This document shows, piece by piece, positions 1-11,731 of a stretch of 64,000 bases of DNA. A program made the translations under genes and the position numbers. This stretch comes from Leucoraja ocellata. Taxonomy: Eukaryota. The stretch is from positions 6,014,001-6,078,000 of the forward strand of contig JAWMAR010000030.1 of assembly GCA_036785375.1 (NCBI GenBank), read 5' to 3'. Numbering within the stretch: the stretch's first letter is position 1; every line of letters begins with the position of its first letter. A model generated the notes under the pieces. That model searched no databases. It saw only the letters and a program-made list of their open reading frames with translations, and was not told the origin of the DNA.

Positions 1-706
1 ATGTAGAAGCATATAGATGTAAGAGAATGCCACCAGTTGCAGCTTTTCTACTCCGTCATAGACTATTCAGACTTGAAAACATAATTTCCATCCCTACTTT
101 GCCACAGAAGCTGGAACTCCTGAACCAACAGCATGATGGTGTACCTTCATCAGAAGGTCTCAAGAAAGCAATTTCTGAGAAGCCTTCTCTAGGATAAATA
201 GGGATGTGTCATTAAAAGGAATGGCCACATCCAATAAAAAAAAGGAAAAAGGTAAATTGTCCCCATCTTTGCAGCAAATAAACTTTCTTCAAAAGAAGGA
301 AATTATCAGTTACCGGCTCTGGACAGATATATTCCTGGAGATTTCTTTGCATAATCTCCATTCTTCAAGCAATCTATTTGCCCTACATTGTTATATATTT
401 TTGTTGTCCCTGAAATTTGTTTTCCCAGCGTTTCATCCAGCAATTTATTGTAGATTTGCAATTCCTGCAGATTCTGGACCATCCTGGAAGACTCACACTT
501 AGAGCAAGAAAGAACAAAAGTTGTGCTTGTGTTTTGATATGTCGATATTCCTGGGACGATAATGATCCAGCTCCTTTGAAAAGAGCCAAACAATGTCCAT
601 CATCGCCCACCTTAGCTTGTTCCAAAGATGCAGTTGTAACCCACTCCACACCTGCTAGTCACATATTCATTCTCACAACACCTTCAAATGTATCAATTAT
701 TCACAT

Positions 707-712
707 TTTATT
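707..712 (-). terminator. Candidate polyadenylation signal (AATAAA) of SYNPO2L; implies ~2.9 kb 3' UTR
   Basis: Minus strand reads ...gtaaaatAATAAAatgtgaataattgatacatttgaaGGTGTTGTG..., i.e. AATAAA followed ~25 nt later by a GU-rich element. Other AATAAA hexamers exist between here and the stop codon, so the choice is tentative. Confidence 0.4.
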
Positions 713-3139
713 ATTTTACATCAGCATACATAGCACAGTTTGAACATTAAAACTGCAAGAAATGCATATAATTTGCACAAAGTAAGGCTAAACATCTAAT
801 GAATAAGACACATCTATTGGTTTTCGTAAAGTGCAGAGCTGTGTTGCTTCACTTACAATAGCCAAAGTGCTCTAAAACCTATAAGGGGATATGCATGTTA
901 TTCGTTTATGGAAAATCTGTCACTCCAAAGACACTCCGAACAAAGCACTCAGACCCTGTAAAGGAGCCTTTGTCTGGAAATGACTGAGAATTAAAGACAA
1001 AAGGTGCTGGGAATGCTCAGTCAGCCTGGCAGCTTATCTGGGGAAAAAACAATTAACTATTTAAGGTCAACAGCTTGGCAATGGAACTTCATCTCGAAAG
1101 CCTGATCCAGAGTTATTGTTTATTTGTGATGAGGAACAGAATTAATGCCAATGAGCATTTCAAGCAGTTTTTGTTTTTATTTCATATTTCCAGATCCAAT
1201 ATTTTTTTCCCTTTGATTTCCGGGTAATTATTGAATGATTTGGTATTTATCCATTGCTGAATGTTTTGTGTAGAGTCTCACTAGGACACATGAAGAGAGC
1301 AATCGAACAAGAACACGAGTTACCGTCAATCTCCTGAGCCCATTTTCTTCAAAGCTAAATGCAAATTAGTGATGATGGAGAATTACAGTAAAGCAGGTGA
1401 GATTTACGGCTTTCAAATCACAGTAGCTTTGCAAGCCAAAACTGATATTAAACTCTTCAGTTTGGCAATGCTAATAATCAAGGCACTTATCAGTTTTGTG
1501 TGAAATTGCAAAAAGTGAAGATTTTCACTACTGAACTCCAATATGTGTTAAGTCTCAGTGGTTGGGCAAAACCCATAGCATGAAGAAAACATTTACAAAT
1601 TATTAATCTTTGCAAATTATTAACCCTTGCATTATCGAACATTACACATTAAACCAGCTCAAATCATTGAACTAATCCCCAGTTCCATTTACTCTGCTTC
1701 CCATCTCTACATACAGAAACCAAGATCATCCATGTCCCATCTGATGCAATCTTCCTTGTATTTCCAATCGATTCCATAATTTCTGACCATAGCTACTTCA
1801 TATCATCACAACGTAACCACAGTCTTCATTCATCTTAATTGTTTAGCAACATATACAATCAGTTTTATATCACTTGTTTAAGAATAGCACTGCACATTTT
1901 GCACTCTGGCATCCAAAAATTAGCTTTATCATTAAGAGTACGTTGTTATCAATAATAAGATCTACGGTTGGTATTTTGGCTCTGCCCGGGTATGACTTAG
2001 GAACAAATTGCGTGATTTGAATAAATAATACAATTTGTATTTTCCCACTGAAATGTGTCAGAGCAGTTTATCGGAGCAATTTTTGTCCTTTGATAGAGTG
2101 GTGTTTACATCTGAAGCACGGCACATGATTGATCAGCTCAGTGTGTGCTCAGGTGACGATGTCTTCATTCCATTTGGACAATTAAACAATATCTAAAGGT
2201 GGCAACAATGGGAAATTTGTCCGTGTACTGGAGTGGATGGACATTGTACCTATCCTGAAGAGCTAACTGGTATTACACAATTGATAAATTAAAGCTCAAC
2301 TCCACTTGAGAGGATGGTGCCAGATCATTGACAACTCAGTCACCCTTTAAATAAATGGAAGATTAATTTGGAAACAAGTCTAAACTGACAATCAACCGTG
2401 CCGGAGTTGGTTCTGTTTCCTCAATTGCAGATACAGCATTTGACTGAGAAACCATTTTGTGTTGGATTTTCCTGAGAATCTCCCGATGTTTATCTTTACC
2501 TCCCAAAATGTCATCATAATCACAGTCTGCTGCAGAACAGTAATAACAATCAAATTCTATTGCCACGTGCCTGCGATTGTTGGTGTGATCATTCATAACT
2601 CGCGCAAGGCACCACCACCAGGAACTTAACCAAATCCATATATTCCTCTGAAAACATTCACTCTTGAAATCCTTTTCCATTGCTCTGGGAATTTCTGCTT
2701 GTTCGGCTGAAACATTTAATATGTATGTATTGCTTATCACACAGTAAAAAATGGAATTCCGTGTGCACTGAAAAATAATATTTCATAAATATATCAATGT
2801 CACACTACACGGTACAAATTCAGCTAATTGCAAAACGTGCTTCCTTTGTGTTCCAAAGGAGATATTCTGGGAAGAAAGATATTTCATTCTGTGACCCACT
2901 GTGTTTTATCAATCAAAACTCTGACAGGTTCTAATAAAGAATTGCAATGCATAGAGACCTCAAGATGACCCTCCATCTCCATCTCCGCTGTATTTTTTGG
3001 ATATAACGAGGTCTATTCTTGCAGTTAATGCAAAAAAATTAATTATTAAATTTTAAACAACATTATATGGTCGTAAATCCTTATTATAGAGCTCTATGAA
3101 AAATCGCTTAGATTTAGAATGGCAGTTCTTTAGATGTAA

Positions 3140-3546
3140 GTGGCAGCGTTCTTGAATGCGTGAGTCTTTGTCCCTCTCAGAGACTTGACTGCATGAAAAC
3201 AGAAGCCAGTGCAGGACTGAAACAGCTCTGCGCTACCAGGGGTCCAACAGAGACCACCTCATTTGCCCCACTTGGATGAATGTTCAAGAGGGCACGGTGC
3301 CAATTTGAAACAAAAAAAAAACATGGGGGGAAAAACTGGGCACCCTGGCTAATAATCTACCCCGCAACTAAAACCTAAAACCAGATAATCTGGTGACCAT
3401 CATATTGCTACTCATGGGAGCTTGCTGTGCACAAAGGTTGGCAGCGGTACTTACTACACTGGGACGCACATCAAAACTGTCAAATAATGTGGGGTGTCAT
3501 GAGGTCCAGAGAAGTGATTATATAAATGTAAATCTTCCTTTTCTTT
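3140..3546 (+). mobile_element. Deu-domain SINE (SacSINE1/AmnSINE1-like) in the SYNPO2L 3' UTR, antisense to the mRNA
   Basis: ccagataatctggtgaccatcatattgctactcatgggagcttgctgtgcacaaaggttggcagc...tatataaatgtaaatc resembles the Deu-SINE core and tail as I recall them. Related copies are at ~7030-7540, 20330-20500 and 27740-27960. The 5' boundary is approximate. Confidence 0.65.
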
Positions 3547-3619
3547 CAGGATCAGGGTCCTCTTTCTGTTGGAAAATCTTCACCTATCCACTCAGAATCA
3601 AGAATGCACAAACATTCTT

Positions 3620-6576
3620 TCATTCCTGGATTGACCCAGGTCTCCATGTATGACCACCACCTCCACCTTTCACAGCTGAGAACCTCGGTCTAGGGGTGGG
3701 AACCGATGGCTTCTTTTGCATATCTTCCCTGGACGGGAATTGAAGAACTGATGGTTCAAAGGCCACTTCCGAACTGTCTCCAGCTGCTCTCCAGTGTTGG
3801 TGAGCCAGCCCATTGCTGTAAGATACTTTGGCTGATACCGGTGGGGGGGAGTTTGGCGCCGACATCCACACGGGTTCAGCGAGTGTGGTGGCTGACCGCG
3901 GGGCGATAACTGTGGTAGTGATAGTCGGCACTGGGGTTGAGAAGCGTCTGATCTCGAACGCTCTTGCTGTCTTCACAGGGACCTGCTTAGTGGAGATAAA
4001 GGATTGTTGGCCTTGTGGCGTGGTTGGAGCACATCCTGACCACCCTTGTGATCTCACGGTGGATTCATCGCAACTGAACATGGCTGGATTTAATTGATAA
4101 GGCTGACGTCTCATGAAATCAATGGCTTTTATTCCAACCTTTTGGTTCCCACCTGGCCTCCACTTCTTCTCTGCTTTAGGGATTGTTTGGGACTTGCTGG
4201 CTGCTAATGGATATGATGGGGAATAAATGGGGTTATAACCAATTGGTGGTGGAGCCCGGATGTTGGGAGAATATTTCCACGTGGCAGGGAGGGAAGGAGT
4301 GGGAGATGGTCCTCTTGGCTGGGAAGAGTGGGTTGGCACTGAATCAACAATAAATTTGTCCATGCGACTTTGTCTCCTTGCAAAAAGTTCTGCTCCTTTT
4401 CCTTTCAACTGCAGGGTTGCTGGTGTATTGGTTCCATTCACCACTGGATAACAACTGCCAACTAACTGAGGCTTTAAATGAGGCTTTGGGGCTACAGGAG
4501 GAGGTATACTTTGCCTGCGTGCCTGAGACTGCATAAAGTTAGAAGCTTCGGCACCAAGACTCAAAAAGTCTTCTTCAGGTCCTGATTCAAATCCTGCTCC
4601 AATGTGATCTGGCTTCTTTTCATCCAGATTTTGTACCATGGAAAGAAGTTCAGGGTTTGGTGAGGTTTTTTTCTGTTCAGTCTTTGTAAACATCGGCTTC
4701 CTGGTGCTTCTGCGACGTGCCTCTTGCAAGATGCCAGTTTTAGAAGCAGGCACTGAAATGCGTTGCTCTCTTGTGGCCAAGCTCTCAGATGGCTGGTTGG
4801 ATGTCCAAGCTGTTGATGATGTGCTCGCAATGGAAGGGGCGTTCACTACGGCTTCAGAAGGGGCTTCGCTCCTTTTCTGTGGCAGCAGTGTTGAGGAAAC
4901 GCGAAAGGTAGCGGTGCTGGTGACCGGAGCCTGAGGTGGCGAATATGGAGTTGCTGTGAATAGTGACGTCATCAAGGGTGGTGGTGACATCACTGCAGGT
5001 GGTGGCGACATCATTGCCGGTGGTGGTGACATCACTGCAGCTGGTGGTGATGTCATGGTACAATCTGCTGACCTTGCTGCGCATGGTGGTGACATCGCTA
5101 TGATTGATGACACCATCACCGCCGGCTTTGGCGAGTTCACCGCGGCCGTTGTTGGCATCGCTGTGCATTCTGTTGTCATTGATGTAGACGATGGTAACAT
5201 GACTGTGGTTGGTGGTGACATCACAGCAGGTGGAGGTGACATCACAGCAGGTGGAGGTGACATCACAGAAGGTGGAGGCGACGTCACAGGAAGTGGTGAC
5301 ATCACAGGAGGTGGTGGTGACATCACAGCAGGAGGTGGTGACATCACAGCAGGTGGTGGTGACATCACAGCAGATGGTGGTGACATCACAGCAGATGGTG
5401 GTGACATCACAGCAGGTGGTGGTGACATCACAAGAGGTGGAGCTGACATCACAGCCGGTGGTGGTGACATCACAGCAGGTGGAGGTGACATCACAGCAGG
5501 TGGAGGTGACATCACAGCAGGTGGAGGTGACATCACAGCAGGTGGTGGTGACATCACAAGAAGTGGATGTGGCATCACAGCAGGTGGTGGTGGTGGTGGT
5601 GCTGATATTAAAACAGCTGCTGGCAAATAATGTGTTCCCATTCTCATTGGCACTGAAGCTTTCATTAGTTCAGGTTGAGGGATGGCATTCACAGTTGGCC
5701 TGGAGACTACCGCTGCTGGAGGTGAGAAAGGTTTTGTTGGTTTGTTTTGCACAGCAGCTTGTTCCCAGGGTTTGACAGGAGCTGTATTTGTTGCACCTTG
5801 CCGATACAGCACTGGAGCACAGACAGAGTGTACAGGACTCACATGGCTCTGTTGACACCCTGGAGTAAATGGTCTTGCTGTCCAATTTGCCACCCCAGGT
5901 AGGCCAGGGGGACCTTGTACGGTGTGCTGTGAATGGTGCTGCTCACTGGGCCTTGGGTAACTGGTCTCTGCACGTACTATTGGCGACAGATTCATTTCTG
6001 TGCAGTAGTTCAATGCGTCCGAGGCTGGATTCCCAGCACACACAGTCGTACTCCTGGACCAGGCAGGGACTCCATTCATCGCGCTGCACCTCATCACTTC
6101 AGCCTCTGGCTTGGCTTTCATTGGTAAATTGTGTTGTGTCTGAATTGGAGGTTCCTCCAATGCATAGTCCTTTGCTCGTTGTCTCTGATGTTCAAATAAT
6201 ATAACGCCCTTCCCTTTGGTTGCAGTTAGACCATGGGGCTCAGATTTGGGCTTTTCAATGTCCAGGTAAGAACTGTCCCAGTCTGATCCCATTGACTGAT
6301 TTGTCAAACTTTTTGCATCAGAAAACGCATCTTCGTCAAATTCAGACTCACTGGTAGGCAGCAGTTCCCCGTCCTCGTCCATACTCTGCTTCTCCTCGTC
6401 TACACTTCCATAACTAACGAGGGTGTACTTCTTTGCCCTTTGACGGCGCTTCTTAAACATAAGAACCCCCTTTGAGTGAGGATTTGGTGCAGAGGTGAGG
6501 AGAGATGCGATGGTCTTGCATTTTGTCCTGGCCTCCTTCGCTTGCTTCTCCTGTACACTTTCACTCCGATGCAACT
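3620..6576 (-). CDS. SYNPO2L: SYNPO2L (synaptopodin 2-like / CHAP) last coding exon (exon 4)
   Basis: Long ORF with synaptopodin-family motifs: LHRSESVQEK..KEARTKCKTIASLLTSAPNPHSKGVLMFKKRRQRAKKYTLVSYG, SPNPELLSMVQNLD, GFESGPEEDFLSLGAEA, LKGKGAELFARRQSRMDKF, WKYSPNIRAPPPIGYNP, and C-terminal HTWRPG. Acceptor ttctgacattgcag|AGTTGCAT at 6577/6576, phase 1. Stop TGA at 3622-3620. Confidence 0.95.
4952..5578 (-). repeat. Coding 21-bp minisatellite, 30 heptad units, consensus VMSPPPA (GTGATGTCACCACCACCTGCT)
   Basis: Directly visible tandem array. The 627 nt equal 209 codons (29 heptads plus one 6-aa unit), and the register is kept through the degenerate middle. Confidence 0.95.
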
Positions 6577-7029
6577 CTGCAATGTCAGAACACAAAGGAA
6601 TAAACTAACAAGCTTCTGAAACATTACTGTGAACACAAGAGAATTACACATCCAAGATTCCAAGTGTAACAAAATAATCCCGCAGCACCAAAGGGTATTT
6701 TCCTTAATCAGCCTTGTTCAAAACAACAACAATCCCTCACATATTCTTCATGTTATGCTGCATTGGTTTTAATCACAAATGGAAAGTGATATGGAAGATA
6801 TTAACTGAGAAGTGATGAAAGTAATCAGATCCGTTTTAAACAAAATGTATATTTTAAACATAATCTCAGTTTGTGAAGTGTTGGACAATATCTCGGTCCA
6901 GGACTGTGGAAAAAAGAAGTGTCGAGGATTGAATCTTTTGCCCTTATGGAGATTTACCATCAAACAAAGTAATAGCGTAAGACAGTATGGAGATTCCCAC
7001 GATTCTGTTGCCTGACATTAACTCTCAGT

Positions 7030-7540
7030 GAGCTGGTGCTGTCTGAGTCAGATTCTGGGTACAAATACCACCCCAAAATCAGTCAAAAAAGTTTTAAAAA
7101 AAACTACACTGGTTCTCCACAAGGATACGGCCCTGTTGCAGAATTTCAGATAAGGTCATAAACCTTCTCCCTCTCAGGTAGTCATAGAAAAAGGGACATG
7201 GCATTCTCCCTGGTGCCCAGGGCAATATTGATCACCCAAATAATACCAGTAAAAAAAAAAATAGAAACTCAAAATGCTGAATAAATTTAAATGTAAACAG
7301 AAAATGTTGGAGATACTCAGCAGGTCAGGCAGTATCTGAAGAGAGAGAGAAACAGAGTTAATATTTCAGGTTGGAGACAATTCATCAGAACTCTAGCGTT
7401 TTCTATTTCACTTACGTGGATTACCTGGTTATTATGTTGGTGATCCCTTGTTGAGCACAAAGTGGCTGCAGTATATCCCAATTTAAAATGGGATTACATT
7501 TCACAAGCTCATCTCAATCAACTATGGGTTATCCCAATGG
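7030..7540 (+). mobile_element. Degenerate Deu-domain SINE interrupted by a Penelope-derived repeat (~7270-7410)
   Basis: tctccctggtgcccagggcaatattgatcacccaaataataccagtaaaa, then the insertion, then gattacctggttatt..gcacaaagtggctgcag. The halves are collinear with the copy at 3140-3546. Confidence 0.55.
7354..7394 (-). ncRNA. Candidate minimal type I hammerhead ribozyme inside a Penelope pLTR-derived repeat
   Basis: Minus strand AGAGTT-CTGATGA-ATTGTCTCCAACCT-GAAA-TATT-AACTCT. It has a 6-bp stem I, CUGAUGA and GAAA cores, a palindromic minimal stem III (AUAU) and NUH = AUU. Stem II is weak. Confidence 0.5.
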
Positions 7541-7904
7541 TAAAGGACCCAAATCCTTGATGGCTGCCTTCCTCAGAAGCTGCATTGATACTGGGGTATG
7601 AGCTGACAATGTCATTACTAACACAAACCATACCTGAACCAGGAGGGTATACTGTAACTATACACAGGAGTAACTTAATTCTCCATCACCGTGTGTTTAG
7701 CAACACCAAGATTAATTATTTAAATTGCTGGCATTAATACACAATATATTTATTTCAACAACCCATGGGCAAAATCTTTATCACACCACTGATGTCATCT
7801 TCACAATGAAATGCTTTAACACATTCTTTGAAAATTAAAAGACCACCTCGAAACCCTGCGAAACTCAACAGTGTATCTGCATTCTGTGATCTGAGTCACA
7901 GAGA

Positions 7905-8228
7905 ATGCAGCATAGAAACAGGCTCTTCGGTCCACTGAGTTCCTTGTTGGTCATCAGCAACCTTTTTACACATAGACTGCGTTAATCAATTGTATTTATT
8001 CTCCCCACATTCTTATCAGTGCTCCCGGAATCTATCACAAGGGGCAATTTCCTGTGCCCAATTTCCACCCTGCCTGTCTAGAACATAGGAGGAAACTGGA
8101 GCACTTGAAGAAAACCTATGCATTCACAGAGAGAACATGCAAGCTCCCCTCAGACAGCACCTGAGGACAGGATTGAACTTGGGTCTCTGGCACTGTAAGA
8201 TCGACTCTGCTAACTACACCACTGTGGC
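7905..8228 (-). mobile_element. tRNA-derived SINE with CR1-type tail (HE1-like)
   Basis: B-box-like GTTCAATCC on the minus strand (~8170-8180). Body and tail (gcctgtttctatgctg) are shared with copies at 33011, 57233 and 60025. Confidence 0.7.
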
Positions 8229-10794
8229 TGAGGAAATACAAGCAGATCAGGCAAATCAATGATGCCAGCTGCATTAAATGATCTCCTCACAGAGGCTGAG
8301 TAGGATTGGCAAAGAAATGGAAAGCTGATTGCCCTAAGTGTCTTTGAGTAGCTGAGCAAAGATAGTGCCCAAGATGTAAGATTAAAAACCCTGCTGCTCT
8401 GGCCAAATTGTGCACTAAAGCTCAGACGAGATCAGAAGCACATCGACTGCGTGACCTCAAGCACAGAAACAGCTGGAGAGACTCAACAGGTTGAGCAGTA
8501 TCTGTGGTGAGAAGGGAATGGTCGACGTTTCTGAGAAGGGAAAGTAATTGAGACTCTCAATCCTGAAGGAGAATCTTGACCCAAAACATCGACAATTCAC
8601 TTCTTTCTACGATGCTGCCCACCCCGATGAATTCCTCCAGCAATTTGCTTTTTGCTGCAGATTCCAGCATCTATAGTCTCTTGTACCTCCCTTGTTTGAC
8701 CTTGTCCGTTCCTTCTAAGGCACGGGTTAGGCACAGTGCTGGTGAATTGATGTAAAGGAGCAAATCACATATTGAAGATTGATCATCTTGTGGTGTAAAG
8801 GGTGCACGTGTCAGACTGAGAACCTGTGGAATCTGCTCCTGTGGTACTCTGAGGGATGAGAACTTAAGTCTGATGGAATTATGCCAGAGGCAGGGTGTTT
8901 ACAAGTATATTTTCCAGATTCACAATGTCCCATCTCCAGGAATGGCCTGTGAACTTCCCCAATATAAATTACGTTACTTTTATTAGAAAGGAAATTGTTG
9001 ATTAGAACCTCATCGGTCTGTTATTCCACAGTTCACCACTGGGGACACCGCAGTACATCAGTGGCAGGAAGATAAAACTGCAACAGGATAAATCAAGAAT
9101 AATTCATCTGAAGTCGGAAAGGATACCTTAGAGGTGGGGACTGAATTCCTTCTGTGAAAATACCCCCTGCCTGTAGTTCTGCTTCTTCCAAGAAGCAACT
9201 AGACCTCACCTTGACTTTGTGAAAAATACAATGAGCAATCAGCAAGTATGTTTTATTTTTCATTCCCCAGATATAAGCATCACAGATAAGACCAGCATTA
9301 AATACCCTTCTCATATTACCCTGAGCTGCCTTATTTATACACCACTGAAATCTATATGTTGAAGGTACTTCCACTGTGCTTTTTCATTGTTCTGTCCCAG
9401 CAAAGCTTCATGCAGGTATCACTTAACAGGGTTAACACTTAACATTTAAACAGGCTACAGTCATCTGCTATCTTTGACTTTCCAATGGTGGACTTTCTGG
9501 TTTAGGAGATGCTTCCAAAGGATTCTTGCCAATGGACCACAGTTTGCAGTAATGATGCACTTGTTATTGAAGGGTGTGAATCCTTAGGGTGGTGGATGGA
9601 ATGATAACAGAATGATGACCTGTTTTGTCCTGGATAGTGTTGAGCTTCTTCAAGATTCCTGGCACTGAACCACACTAGACAGGTAAAGATTATGACGTTA
9701 TGCTTCTGAATTGCATTTAGATAGCGGAATAGCTTTGGGGATTCATAGACTCCTGCTCTGGAGATGACCTATCTCTGACATGATATATTTACGTGAAATT
9801 TCACGACCGGTGCTTGTTCTAAAGCGATGGAAGGCGCCGACAGTGCTATCCAATGGTATATATTCTCCATTTACCTCCCGTCTCACATTCACCAGGATTG
9901 CTGGGCTCCATGACAGACTTTGTCCCAACAAGAACCAGGGAACTGATTTCACATTGCGATGAGAGTGACTGCTATGTCATCATGATAGTACGTGTGGCAT
10001 CAAAAAGCTTTGTAAAACTCAAGTCAATGGGCTGTAAGGGGGGGGGGGGGGGGGGGGACACTTCAATTGTCAATGTCGTGCATTGCACCATACAAGATGG
10101 TTGTGGCTGTTGGGGGTCAATCATCTCAGCCCCAGGAGAGTACTGCTGGAGTTCCCGAGAAGAGAGTCCAAGACCCAGCCATCTTCAGCAGCTCCATCAG
10201 TGACCACCCTTCCATTACAAGAAACCGCGGGATGTTTAATACCGTTCAGAACTCCTCAGCAAAAAAGACGAACAATCTATCCCTCCATGCTTGAAACACA
10301 GCTGGAAAACATTCAGCATGCGCTAATAAGTAGCAGGTAACATTTGTACCACAGGAGTGTCAGGCAATGGTCATCTCCAGCAAGAGAGTGTTTAACCACT
10401 TCTTGATATTCAACAGAATTACTATTTCTGAGTTCCTCGTCATCTACTTTCTGGTGGTCAGCATTAGTCAGGAAATAAACTGGACCAAAAAAAACAAAAC
10501 AAAAAATAAGTGCTGGAGTAACTCAGTGGTCAGACATGGACTCTGGCGAACATGGATAGTTGATGTTTCGGGTCAAGGCCTTCTTCACACTTTGTGTCCT
10601 TTTATTTTGTAAACCAGTATTGGCAGTTCCTTGTGTCTTCACTGAACTGGATCAGCCACTTCAGGATGGCGACTACAAAAGCAGATCCAAAGCTATGTAT
10701 TATCAGTGGGTGACTCACTAACACCTCAACACTTTTCTACCATTGACAAAGTGCAAGGCAGGTGAATGAACACAACTCCAGCAACATTAAGAAT

Positions 10795-11071
10795 AAGGAG
10801 TAATTCATTTAGAACGGAGAGGAGGAAACACTTTTTCTCACAGAGAGTGGTGAGTGTGGAATTCTCTGCCTCAGAGGGCGGTGGTGGCAGATTCTCTGGA
10901 TGCTTTCAAGAGAGAGCTAGATAGGGCTCTTTAAAATAGCAGAGTCAGGGATATGGTGAGAAGGCAGGAATGGGGTACTGATTGGGGATGATCAGCCATG
11001 ATCACATTGAATCGCGGTGCTGGCTCGAAGGGTCAAATGGCCTACTCCTGCACCTATTGTCTATTGTCTAT
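10795..11071 (+). mobile_element. CR1/HER1-type LINE 3' fragment
   Basis: FFSQRVV-like RT tail coding, 3' stem-loop ...ggcctactcctgcacc and a (CTATTGT)n tail. Inserted into an older LINE remnant (ttaagaa/tcaagaa flanks). Confidence 0.85.
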
Positions 11072-11154
11072 TCAAGAAGGTAAATACTATCAGGGACTCA
11101 GCAGCATTCACAAGAAAGATAACAGTGAATGAAGAAAGTGACTCATCATCTCTT

Positions 11155-11731
11155 AGAAACATAGAAACATAGAAATTAGGTGCAGGAGTAGGCCATTCGG
11201 CCCTTCGAGCCTGCACCGCCATTCAATATGATCATGGCTGATCATCCAACTCAGTATCCCGTACCTGCCTTCTCTCCATACCCCCTGATCCCCTTAGCCA
11301 CAAGGACCACATCTAACTCCCTCTTAAATATAGCCAATGAACTGGCCTCAACTACCCTCTGTGGCAGAGAGTTCCAGAGATTCACCACTCTCTGTGTGAA
11401 AAAAGTTCTTCTCATCTCGGTTTTAAAGGATTTCCCCTTTATCCTTAAGCTGTGACCCCTGGTCCTGGACTTCCCCAACATCGGGAACAATCTTCCTGCA
11501 TCTAGCCTGTCCAACCCCTTAAGAATTTTGTAAGTTTCTATAAGATCCCCTCTCAATCTTCTAAATTCTAGAGAGTATAAACCAAGTCTATCCAGTCTTT
11601 CTTCATAAGACAGTCCTGACATCCCAGGAATCAGTCTGGTGAACCGTCTCTGCACTCCCTCTATGGCAATAATGTCCTTCCTCAGATTTGGAGACCAAAA
11701 CTGTACGCAATACTCCAGGTGTGGTCTCACC
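11155..11731 (-). mobile_element. Young CR1/HER1-type LINE, 5'-truncated
   Basis: Intact ORF2 C-terminus VRPHLEYCVQFWSP..LRGDLIETYKILKG..FFTQRVVNLWNSLP and a (GTTTCTAT)n tail. Confidence 0.93.

Noticed and set aside
2363-2740. 125-aa ORF downstream of SYNPO2L (possible MYOZ1 exon)
   Set aside because: Non-ATG start and no myozenin-like motifs; it lies in the presumed 3' UTR.
4952-5578. CRISPR-like array
   Set aside because: Units are contiguous with no unique spacers, lie in a vertebrate coding exon, and there are no cas genes.
4956-5775. Plus-strand ORFs (GGGDITA)n and (VVVTSQQ)n
   Set aside because: Antisense shadows of the stop-free 21-bp coding repeat in SYNPO2L exon 4; no independent gene structure.
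8423-8434. TCAGACGAGATC match to 5S rRNA (reverse strand)
   Set aside because: Only 12 nt, and the flanks do not continue the match.
9093-9374. ORF in intron 3 as the alternative first exon
   Set aside because: Its candidate donors (AAG|gtgagg, AG|gtatcc) are phase 0 and 2, but exon 4 needs phase 1; the exon at 13743-13845 fits better.
10038-10058. Long poly-G/poly-C runs (also ~12644, 19861, 20874, 38022, 43924, 56187)
   Set aside because: Simple homopolymers, common here and of unreliable length; no evidence of function.
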